Source of the DNA: an uncultured Solirubrobacteraceae bacterium
GTDB lineage: Bacteria > Actinomycetota > Thermoleophilia > Solirubrobacterales > Solirubrobacteraceae
Direction: 5' to 3'
Length of the DNA: 59,428 bases
Assembly: GCA_964588985.1 (NCBI GenBank)
Contig: CAZPQW010000021.1
Span: 1 to 59,428 of the forward strand
Below, piece by piece: positions 32,747 to 42,729 of the stretch (its first letter is position 1; every line of letters starts with the position of its first letter). The notes below the pieces were generated by a model. The model saw only the letters and a list, made by a program, of their open reading frames with translations, searched no databases and had not been told where the DNA came from. The position numbers and the translations under genes were made by a program.

Positions 32747-32786
32747 AAGGCCAAGCGCGAAGGCAAGCCCGCCTACGCGCTGGCGA
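32747..32786 (+). repeat. Direct repeat copy 2 (displaced gene end)
   Basis: AAGGCCAAGCGCGAAGGCAAGCCCGCCTACGCGCTGGCGA; reads KAKREGKPAYALAS-stop. Confidence 0.9.
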
Positions 32787-34209
32787 GCTGATCGGCCTCG
32801 CGGGCGATCTTCGCGGCCTCTGAGGGCCCGATGAAGGGTGCCAGCGCCAGATAGGTGAGCTGCGGCGCGGCGAGCGGCAGCTCGGCGAGGCAGTCGTTCT
32901 CGATGCAGTGGTGGAAGACCTGCCAGATACCGCCGGTGATCGCCTCGGCGGCGATCGAGGGAATCGCCACGTCCTCGCCCGCCAGCTCGTAGCCGGGCAG
33001 GAGGTATGCGGCGAACCCCTGCATGCTCGCGCCGCGGATCTCGATCGTCTCGGGGCTCGCGGCGAACGTGTCGACCACGGTCAGATGGGCGTGTGCGGGC
33101 TCGGAGGCGAGGAAGGTGATCAGTGCGCTCAGACCGGCGGCGACCCCGCGCGGCCAGTCGCTCTCGTGCGCCTCGTAGGCCTCGATCGCGACGCGCAGCG
33201 CCTGATGCATGCCGACCTTCTGTGCGCCGAGGAAAGCGTCGTGCTTGGAGGGGTAGATGTCGTAGAAGGTCTGGTAGGAGACGTTCGCGCGCTTGGCGAT
33301 CTTCGGGATCGTGAGGCCCGCGAGGCCCTGCTCGGCGGCGATCGCCGCGGTCGCGTCGACGATCCGCTCGCGCTGGCTTTTGACGATGAACTGCCGCGGC
33401 AGGTCGCTGCGGCCGCTCGGAAGGCGCCCCTCGGCGCGCTGAGCACGCTCGGAGAGCGGGACGCCGTCGTCGGACTTCGACGGGTTGAGAGGGGGTACGC
33501 TCAGATCGTCGGGCAGCCTTCGCGGGTAGCCCGCTGCCCACGCGGCGAGCTCGTCGGCGACCGCGAACAGCTCGGCCTGACGTCCGTCGCGAAGCCGCGA
33601 GGCGGTCACCTCGCGGATGCCGCCGAGGATGAACTTGACGGTCAGGTCGCCGCTGTCGCCGCGGCCGGTGCCGTCGCGGCTGGTCCGGATGCGCGACTCG
33701 AACTCCTCGAGCGTGCGCCTGCGGCGTTCGAGCGCCCGCGAGCCGGCGCCGAAGGCCCCAAGCACGAACAGCGAGATCGCCTCCGACTCAGCGGCGGCGA
33801 TCTCGGCGAACGCGCGCATCGCGACCACGAGACGCTCCTCCTCGGGGTCGCGTGACGCGTACGCCAGCAGCACGGACTTCGCGGTACGCGCTGCGACTTC
33901 GTCGTATGCGCTGAGGAACAGGTCTTCCTTGTCGTCGTACAGGCTGTAGAAGGTCGGCGGAGAGACGTGCGCGAGTTTGGCGAGGTCGACGATCCGCACC
34001 CCGGGGTAGCCCTTCTGTGCGATCAGCTCGATCAGCGCTGCCTGCAGGCGTTTGCGCTGGTCGCGCTTTACGTCGTCGGGATCGAGGCCGTGCGTGCCGG
34101 TGGGCAGCGGACGGTAGCGCTCACTTCCATCGCCGTTCGCAACCGGCTCATCGTTGGCGACGGTCATCTCGATTCTGTCGTCCGTCGGGGGCTCGGGTGG
34201 ACATCGCAC
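32773..34209 (-). CDS. Tandem (double-domain) TetR/AcrR family regulator
   Basis: Two TetR HTHs (AHVSPPTFYSLYDDKEDLF; ANVSYQTFYDIYPSKHDAF), each preceded by LPxGxxxL; start may be ATG 34167. Confidence 0.88.
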   Translation of the reverse strand: MRCPPEPPTDDRIEMTVANDEPVANGDGSERYRPLPTGTHGLDPDDVKRDQRKRLQAALIELIAQKGYPGVRIVDLAKLAHVSPPTFYSLYDDKEDLFLSAYDEVAARTAKSVLLAYASRDPEEERLVVAMRAFAEIAAAESEAISLFVLGAFGAGSRALERRRRTLEEFESRIRTSRDGTGRGDSGDLTVKFILGGIREVTASRLRDGRQAELFAVADELAAWAAGYPRRLPDDLSVPPLNPSKSDDGVPLSERAQRAEGRLPSGRSDLPRQFIVKSQRERIVDATAAIAAEQGLAGLTIPKIAKRANVSYQTFYDIYPSKHDAFLGAQKVGMHQALRVAIEAYEAHESDWPRGVAAGLSALITFLASEPAHAHLTVVDTFAASPETIEIRGASMQGFAAYLLPGYELAGEDVAIPSIAAEAITGGIWQVFHHCIENDCLAELPLAAPQLTYLALAPFIGPSEAAKIAREADQLASA

Positions 34210-34302
34210 GGCGCCACGTCAGGTAAACCTTCCGTTGACAACAAGTAAATTCGAGATTATCAAGCTACACGTACTGGTCAAGCCAGCGGAAGCTTAGGGC
34301 TC

Positions 34303-36123
34303 TCAGCCGTGGATCGTCGGCGAGGTGCCCAGCACGACGCCCGACGCCGAGAGCGCCTGCACCGCCACGTAATGCTGCGCTGTGGGCGTCGCGATGGCCG
34401 TCTCGAATCCCGTGCGCGGGGCACCGGCGACGGGCGTGAGCTGCTGCGCCGAGGGGCCGGCGAGCACTTGCCAGCTGGCAGCCTGGGTGTCTCCGTTCCA
34501 GCTCGCGTAGACCGTCACGGGAGCCTTGCCAAGCCCTGCCGACGTGGCGATCGCGGGCGCTCCGTGCGGCTCGCCCGCCCATGCGAAGCGAAAGGCCCTG
34601 TAGGACTGGTAGGCGCCGTGCATGTGCGCGTCGAACAGCAGCTGGCCCTGGGCGCTGTATTCGGTGAAGAACGCCTCAGGTCCCCAGCCGACGAACACGT
34701 TGCCGCCTTCGAGCACCTGCATGCTGCCCTGGCTGCCCGAGGACAGCGGGGCGGAGTGCAGGTACTGGGCGACGACGGTGTCGGTGCGGTGCTGGGTGTC
34801 GACCGCGAGGATCAGGGCACGCGACTGTGAGTGGACCTTCGGCACGCCGCCGTTGTCGAACACGCTGATCGTGCCGTTGGCGAGCACGGTCGCGTCGTGC
34901 TGGTAGGCGGTCGCGGCGCCGCCCGCGAGCCGCACTGTCGAGTGCTTGCCGCCGATGCGCACGAGAACCTGGCCGGTGAGCGTGTTCAGCTCATACAGCG
35001 CGGAGGTGTTGCGCGAGGAGAGCAGCGTCGTGCCGTTGGCGAGCTGGTCGATGGAGTTGACGTGGAAGTAGTCGTACGGCCACTGTCCGCTGGCGTTCCC
35101 GGCGTAGCTGTAGGAGTACGACGGGGGGATGTGGTCGAGGCTGTGCCACTCGCGCCGCACGAGGCCCGTCTCAAGGTCGACTTCCTGGACGATGCCGTCG
35201 GTGACGGAGGCGCCGGTGGAGCCGCCATACCCGCCGAGGTTGCACGCGATCGGGTTGAACACCGTCAGCAGGGCCGTGCCCTGACCGGTGATGTGGAAGT
35301 CGTGCAGGTCGGCTTTCAAGCCGTTGCCCGCGTGCACCCTGCCGATCTGCTGGTAGGCGGCGTTGTCGATGATCTCCTCTCCCTGTCCGAATCCCTGCAC
35401 GAGGATCGCTCCCTGCCACCACGTCAGCACCGGCGCGCCGCCGAGCTGCTGAACCTGCAGGTTGGTCGCCTCGACATTCGACGCCAGCGGGTGGAACCAC
35501 ACGAGGTTGCCGGCCGCATCGAGGATCATCGGTCCGCTCGGTCCCGGGCCGGCGTAGGGCGTTGCGAAGATGTCCGCCGGGGTGGCCTGGGGGGCGCGGG
35601 CGGTCACGACGGTGACCGGTGGCTGCAGCGACGGCGCGGAGTGGAAGTGCTGCATCTCCTTGTAGTCGCGCTGGGATCCCGCGACAGACGCGGAGTAGAT
35701 CTGGTTGTCCTCGTGGGCCACCACGAAGTGGTAGGCGAACGGGTGCGCGTGCGCCGCGACGGTCGCGCTGCCCCTGACGGTGACCGTCTCCCCCGAGCTG
35801 AACGGCCTCGTGGGCACGAAGCTCGCGCCGTCACCCTGCGAGTATCCGCGCAGCCGCCCGGCGTGGCTACCGCTCTGGGATCCGCTCACGCGCACGCCGC
35901 GGATCGCGCTCGCGGGCGCCCCGAGCATGCTGATCTGGGTATATGGGGACGCGTCGTAGGAGTCCGGCAGCGGCGCGACCGCGAGCCCCGTGCCCGGCAG
36001 CAGCGCCGAGCGGTTGAGGCGGGAGGGCACGCATTGCGGGCTCGACGCCGTGGACGCCATCGCCGGTGCACTAGCGAGCGCAGTCAGCAGAATCGCGCCG
36101 ATCACGACGCTACGAATTCGCAT
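34303..36123 (-). CDS. Secreted arylsulfotransferase (ASST) family protein
   Basis: Signal peptide MRIRSVVIGAILLTALASAPAMA; DLHDF, DYFHVNSI, YQHDA, FDN, SQGSMQ..GNVFVGWG, SYRAFR. Confidence 0.85.
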   Translation of the reverse strand: MRIRSVVIGAILLTALASAPAMASTASSPQCVPSRLNRSALLPGTGLAVAPLPDSYDASPYTQISMLGAPASAIRGVRVSGSQSGSHAGRLRGYSQGDGASFVPTRPFSSGETVTVRGSATVAAHAHPFAYHFVVAHEDNQIYSASVAGSQRDYKEMQHFHSAPSLQPPVTVVTARAPQATPADIFATPYAGPGPSGPMILDAAGNLVWFHPLASNVEATNLQVQQLGGAPVLTWWQGAILVQGFGQGEEIIDNAAYQQIGRVHAGNGLKADLHDFHITGQGTALLTVFNPIACNLGGYGGSTGASVTDGIVQEVDLETGLVRREWHSLDHIPPSYSYSYAGNASGQWPYDYFHVNSIDQLANGTTLLSSRNTSALYELNTLTGQVLVRIGGKHSTVRLAGGAATAYQHDATVLANGTISVFDNGGVPKVHSQSRALILAVDTQHRTDTVVAQYLHSAPLSSGSQGSMQVLEGGNVFVGWGPEAFFTEYSAQGQLLFDAHMHGAYQSYRAFRFAWAGEPHGAPAIATSAGLGKAPVTVYASWNGDTQAASWQVLAGPSAQQLTPVAGAPRTGFETAIATPTAQHYVAVQALSASGVVLGTSPTIHG

Positions 36124-36195
36124 AGGTGTTTGTGGATACCGGAGCACAGGGAGAAGTTGCCCTGCGTGGCGAAGAAATTGTGAAGAGGGGAGCGG

Positions 36196-37863
<1,668 letters not shown>

Positions 37864-37907
37864 GGCTGCTGTCAATCCTACTCGTCGCGCTAGCCTCGAC
37901 CTCAGCT

Positions 37908-39296
37908 ATGCGCAATGAGTTGAGCCGATTGGTTGGCGCCGAGCACGTGTTCGAGGTTCCGCCCGAGTCGCCCTACAACCGCGACTGCTCGCGCCGCCGC
38001 GGCGTGGAGGGACGCGCGGACGCGGTGGTGCTCCCCGGCAGCGCCGAGGAGGTCGCGGCGGTGGTGGCGTGGTGCTACGCACACGACGTGCCGATCGTGG
38101 CGCGCGGCGGCGGCACGGGCCTGGTGGGTGGGGCGGTCGCGACCCACGGCGGCGTTGTTTGCTCGATGGAGCGTTTGCGCGCGGTGCGCGAGCTGGAGCC
38201 GGGACTGTGGCGGATGCTGCCCGAGGCGGGCGTGAGCACGCGCCACGTGCAGCGCGTCGCGCGCGAGAACGGGCTGTTCTTCGCCCCCGACCCGGGCGCC
38301 GCGGAGCAGTCGCAGATCGGCGGCAACGTCGCCACCAACGCCGGCGGGCCGCACGCGTTGAAGTACGGCGTCACGGGGAACTGGGTCGCGGGGCTGGAGG
38401 CGGTGCTCGCGCCGGGCGAGCTGGTGCAGGTCGGTGGCTGGGCGGGCAAGGACGTGGCGGGCTACGACATCAAGAGCCTCCTGATCGGCTCGGAGGGCAC
38501 GCTCGGTCTGATCACCGCGGTGAGGCTGCGGCTGCTGCCGGCGCCGGAGGCGGCGCTGGTGTCGATGGTGTTCCTGCGCACCCGCGCGGATGGCTGCGCG
38601 GCGATCGTCGCGCTGCTCGCCGCGGGCGTGCGCCCGTCGGTGCTCGACTTCATAGACGGCGACACGCTCGCGATGGTCGCGGGCGGTTATCCCGACGAGC
38701 TCTCCGAGGAGGTCGGGTTCGCGCTGATCGTGGAGGTCGACGGCACTCGCGCGGAGGCCGAGTCCCAGCGCGAGAGCCTGCTCCATGCGCTGGCCGACAC
38801 TGCGCTCGCGATCCGCGAGCCGAGCGACGCCAAGGCGCTGTGGCGCTGGCGCGACGGTGTGAACGAAGTGGTGACGGGCGTGCGCGGGGCGAAGGTCAGC
38901 GAGGACGTGGTGTTCCCCGTCGAGCGCCTCGGAGAGGGGCTCGAGCGCTTCGCCGAGATCGCCGCCCGGCATGGGCTGCGCTCGTGCGCCTGGGGGCACG
39001 GCGGCGAGGGCAACGTGCACGCCACCGTGCTCGTGAATCCCGCTCGGGAGCTGGAGTTGGACGCGGCGGAGGCGGTCGGAGAGGAGCTGTTCGCACTCGT
39101 CGTCTCGCTCGGCGGATCGGTCGCCGGCGAGCACGGCGTGGGCTGGCTGAAGCGCGGTCGTCTGGAGTCGCAGTGGCCCGCGCGGACGCTCGATCTGCAC
39201 GAGCAGATCAAGCTGGCGTTCGACCCGAAGGGCCTTCTCAACCCAGGGAAGAAGCTGGCACGGTACCCTGCCCGGTCGCCGGTGACATACAACTGA
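37908..39296 (+). CDS. FAD-linked oxidase (GlcD / D-lactate dehydrogenase family)
   Basis: RGGGTGLVGG, IGGNVATNAGG, GSEGTLG, HGGEGNVH, GEHGVG, LLNPGK. Confidence 0.92.
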   Translation: MRNELSRLVGAEHVFEVPPESPYNRDCSRRRGVEGRADAVVLPGSAEEVAAVVAWCYAHDVPIVARGGGTGLVGGAVATHGGVVCSMERLRAVRELEPGLWRMLPEAGVSTRHVQRVARENGLFFAPDPGAAEQSQIGGNVATNAGGPHALKYGVTGNWVAGLEAVLAPGELVQVGGWAGKDVAGYDIKSLLIGSEGTLGLITAVRLRLLPAPEAALVSMVFLRTRADGCAAIVALLAAGVRPSVLDFIDGDTLAMVAGGYPDELSEEVGFALIVEVDGTRAEAESQRESLLHALADTALAIREPSDAKALWRWRDGVNEVVTGVRGAKVSEDVVFPVERLGEGLERFAEIAARHGLRSCAWGHGGEGNVHATVLVNPARELELDAAEAVGEELFALVVSLGGSVAGEHGVGWLKRGRLESQWPARTLDLHEQIKLAFDPKGLLNPGKKLARYPARSPVTYN

Positions 39297-39319
39297 AAAG
39301 CACTGAAAGGAAGCGCTAC

Positions 39320-39604
39320 ATGAACAAGTCCCAGCTGGTCGAGGCGGTTGCATCAGACAGCGGCCTCTCCAAGGCAGACTCCGCTCGCGCGATCGAGTCG
39401 CTGCTCGACACGGTCACCAAGACCCTCAAAAAAGGCGACGAGGTCAGCATCACGGGCTTCGGCAAGTTCTCCGTGGTCAAAAGGGCGGCGCGTCAGGGCG
39501 TCAACCCGCGCACTGGCGAGCGCGTGAAAATCAAAGCGTCGAAGGCGCCGAAGTTCTCCGCCGGTGCGACCCTCAAGCAGGCGGTGAGCCCGAAGAAGAA
39601 GTAA
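39320..39604 (+). CDS. hup: DNA-binding protein HU
   Basis: GAAAGGAA RBS; MNKSQLVEAVA..ITGFGKF..GVNPRTGE..PKFSAG. Confidence 0.96.
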   Translation: MNKSQLVEAVASDSGLSKADSARAIESLLDTVTKTLKKGDEVSITGFGKFSVVKRAARQGVNPRTGERVKIKASKAPKFSAGATLKQAVSPKKK

Positions 39605-39614
39605 GGCGCTCGAC

Positions 39615-40859
39615 ATGGCGCTCGTCACCGACCTGGAGCTCCCCGCGTTCGACTACATGGACCCGTCGATGCGCGGGGAACGCTTCCACACGGCGATGAG
39701 CGACCTGCGTTCGAAGGGATGGCTGGCGCAGGGGCCGTTCGGCTACATAGTGCTCGACCGCGAGTCGGCCGAGTTCTTCCTGCGCACCCGGGCGGCGATC
39801 TTCCCGGGGATGAAGATCGCGGAGATCTTCGGCGTGACCGAAGGGCCGCTGTTCGAGCAGATGAAGCACAACATCCTGCACGTCAACGGGCCCGACCACT
39901 CGCGGCTGCGCAGTCTCGTCAACCCTGCGCTGTCGCCCCGCGCGGTCGAGCGCTACCGGCCGGCGATGCGGGGATTCCTCGAGGGGTTGCTCGAGCAGGC
40001 GATTGCCCGCTCGAGCGAGGGGGAGGGAGTCGTCAGGTGCGAGTTCGTGGAGGCGTTCGCGAAGCCGTACCCGTCACAGGTGATCGCCGAGGTGATGGGG
40101 GCGCCGTTGGAGGACGCGCCCAGGCTGCACCACTGGTCCAACTGGATCCAGCGGCAGTTCGACGCGGTGAGCATGGCCACCGAGCGCGACGAGATCGACA
40201 AGGCGGTGGAGGAGTTCTACGGGTACGCGGAGGGGCTCGTGCGCTCGCGCCGCGACAGCCCCGGCGACGATCTCGTCTCCAGGCTGATCGCCGCCGAAGA
40301 GGAGGGGGAGCGACTCTCGGACGTGGAGTGCATCAACCTCGTGTTCAACGTCCTCGTCGGCGGCGTGGACACGAGCCAGAGCCAGCTCGCCCACGCGATC
40401 AGGCTGCTCGCCGAACACCCGGAGCAGTGGGAGATGCTCGTGGGCGATCCGTCGCTTGCGGACCAGGCGGTGGAGGAGGCGCTGAGGTACGAGCCGATCA
40501 CGCCGTTCACCGCGCGCATCACGACCGAGGAGATCACGTTCCGAGACATCACGTTCCCCGGGGGGACGATCGTGATGGTGTGCGCGTTCACCGGCAACCG
40601 CGATCTGGGAGAGGGCGTGGACGGCGAAGGCGTGGACAGCTTCGACATCGCCGTCGATCGCGGGCGAGCCCGAGCGCTCACGTTCGGCGCCGGCGTCCAC
40701 TACTGCTTGGGCGCGAATCTCGCGCGCGCCGAGCTGCAGGAGGGCCTCGCGTTCCTCGCGCAGCACATGCGCGGTCTGCAGCTCGACGGCGAGCCCGTGT
40801 TCGAGAGCGTCAACGGGATCTACGGCCTCGCCGAGCTGCCGATCAGCTTCACGGTCTGA
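39615..40859 (+). CDS. Cytochrome P450
   Basis: HSRLR, GGVDTS I-helix, EEALR ExxR, FGAGVHYCLG heme Cys. Confidence 0.95.
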   Translation: MALVTDLELPAFDYMDPSMRGERFHTAMSDLRSKGWLAQGPFGYIVLDRESAEFFLRTRAAIFPGMKIAEIFGVTEGPLFEQMKHNILHVNGPDHSRLRSLVNPALSPRAVERYRPAMRGFLEGLLEQAIARSSEGEGVVRCEFVEAFAKPYPSQVIAEVMGAPLEDAPRLHHWSNWIQRQFDAVSMATERDEIDKAVEEFYGYAEGLVRSRRDSPGDDLVSRLIAAEEEGERLSDVECINLVFNVLVGGVDTSQSQLAHAIRLLAEHPEQWEMLVGDPSLADQAVEEALRYEPITPFTARITTEEITFRDITFPGGTIVMVCAFTGNRDLGEGVDGEGVDSFDIAVDRGRARALTFGAGVHYCLGANLARAELQEGLAFLAQHMRGLQLDGEPVFESVNGIYGLAELPISFTV

Positions 40860-40928
40860 CGCCGCGCCCACGAGCTGGAACAATTGGGAGGGGGGCACCG
40901 AGGCCCCGGCGAGCGACAAGGATGTGAG

Positions 40929-42614
40929 ATGACGGTTTTCGAACGGATATCGAGGCTGGCGTTGGCGGCCGTGGCGGCCATGCTCGTGGTCCTCGTCTTC
41001 GCGGGTGGCGCGCAGGCGGGTCGGTACCACGTCTACTCCTGCCGGACGCCCTTAGGGGAGGTTGCGCCTACGACGGGGTGGAGTGGGTCGAAAGCTGCGG
41101 GTAGCACCTATGCAACCTACGCCGAAGACACATGCAAGTCAGGCGGCGCGCTGCTCGCCGCGCTCGGGGAAGCGACGACCCATATTCCAAATGTAGATAG
41201 GGCGACTTGGACCTTTGCGGCTCCCAGTGGGACCTCTCTGGTGGCAGCAAGTCTGTGGCGGGCTGGCTACCTTCACGGTCCGTCGGGCGAATCGACTAGC
41301 TATCGATTCTGGCTAGCAGGGCCCAAAGGCAGCTTCGACACGTGTGTGTTCTCCGAAAAATGCAGCAGTGAGGGTGAAGTCGGTACGCCCTTGTCGAGTA
41401 GCAATTTCGTATTGGTCCCACCCGTAGCAATCGGTTCCTCTCTGAGCATCAATGCCGCGTGCTCCTTTAGCGGTCCAGGAAGCAAATGCGGGAACGGATT
41501 TGGCGACCCCAACTCCTACGCCGCAGCCGTCTATCTATTCGCGGCGGACCTGACCCTGGAACAGACGGTGGGGCCGAGCGCGAGCGATGTGAGCGGGGAA
41601 CTGGCGACTGCGCCGGCGGTGAGCGGCACGAGCGACGTTGCGTTCTCGGCGACCGATCCGGGGGCGGGCGTATACGAGGCGGTGTTCAGCGTGGATGGGC
41701 AGGTGGTGCAGCGCACGGGGCTCGACGAAAACGGCGGCATGTGTCGGGATGTGGGCGAGACATCGGATGGGCTTCCCGCGTTCCTCTCGCCACAGCCGTG
41801 CGAACAGTCGCTCAGCGCGGACGTGGGCTTCGACACCACTCGCGTGAGCAACGGCGCGCACCACCTCCTCGTCACCGTGACCGACGCGGCAGGCAACGCC
41901 GTCGCGGTGCTGGACCGCACGATCACCGTCGCGAACCCGCTTGCTCCTGGCACGCCTGGTCCGCAGAACGGAGCCAACGCGTCGAGCCAGGCCGCGCTCG
42001 TCGTCGCTTGGAAGGGCAGCCGGCGCGAGCGGATCACGGTCGGATACGGTCACGCCGAGACCATCGCGGGTCGGCTCACGGCACCCGACGGCGCACCGAT
42101 CGCAGGCGCGCAGATCGAAGTGCTCGCGACGCCCTCGTTCGCGGGCGCGAAGTCGAAGCTGACGAGCGTGCTCACGGGGCCAGATGGGCGCTTCGCTGTA
42201 CGCGTGCCCGCAGGAGCGTCATCGCGCACGCTGCACTTCATCTATCGCAGTCACCACGGTGACGCTCTCCCGGCGGTCACGCGCACGCTCGCCTTGGGCG
42301 TGCGTGCGGGGATCGCGCTCACGGTCGCGCCACGCACCGCAAGCGTGGGACGCAGCATCTTCTTCCGTGGACGTCTGCGCGGCGGACCTGTTCCGCGCGA
42401 CGGCAAGCAACTCGTGCTCGAGGCGCGCTCGCCCGGAGGCAGGTGGATCGAGTTCGAAGTGATCCGGACCGACTCACGAGGTCGCTACCACGCGAGCTAC
42501 CGCTTCAAGTTCCCCGGGCCGGCCGACTACCAGTTCCGCGTGGTCTCTGAACTGGAGTCTGACTATCCATTCCTCGTCGGCTCCTCCAAGACGATTGGGG
42601 TGCATGAGAGATGA
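40929..42614 (+). CDS. Secreted multidomain hypothetical protein with Ig-like/basic C-terminal domains
   Basis: Signal peptide ending AQA; Cys-containing N-domain; VTDAAGN Ig-like motif; Arg-rich beta C-terminal domains. Confidence 0.78.
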   Translation: MTVFERISRLALAAVAAMLVVLVFAGGAQAGRYHVYSCRTPLGEVAPTTGWSGSKAAGSTYATYAEDTCKSGGALLAALGEATTHIPNVDRATWTFAAPSGTSLVAASLWRAGYLHGPSGESTSYRFWLAGPKGSFDTCVFSEKCSSEGEVGTPLSSSNFVLVPPVAIGSSLSINAACSFSGPGSKCGNGFGDPNSYAAAVYLFAADLTLEQTVGPSASDVSGELATAPAVSGTSDVAFSATDPGAGVYEAVFSVDGQVVQRTGLDENGGMCRDVGETSDGLPAFLSPQPCEQSLSADVGFDTTRVSNGAHHLLVTVTDAAGNAVAVLDRTITVANPLAPGTPGPQNGANASSQAALVVAWKGSRRERITVGYGHAETIAGRLTAPDGAPIAGAQIEVLATPSFAGAKSKLTSVLTGPDGRFAVRVPAGASSRTLHFIYRSHHGDALPAVTRTLALGVRAGIALTVAPRTASVGRSIFFRGRLRGGPVPRDGKQLVLEARSPGGRWIEFEVIRTDSRGRYHASYRFKFPGPADYQFRVVSELESDYPFLVGSSKTIGVHER

Positions 42615-42729
42615 GAGGCGCGCTTGGTCTGTTGCCGCGCAGGCGGAAGTGGCGCAGGTGCGCTCGCGCGAACGGTCAGCGAGACGGGTGATTCCGCAAC
42701 TTTGTTCTGTACCGCTTGTTGGATTTCGC

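Noticed and set aside
31412-32786. ATPase cassette as IS element or prophage
   Set aside because: No transposase, integrase or phage gene; a 40-bp repeat is too long for a typical IS target duplication
38069-39604. 511-aa ORF ending in HU as a fusion protein
   Set aside because: Upstream part is an alternate frame of the FAD oxidase; HU has its own RBS and ATG at 39320
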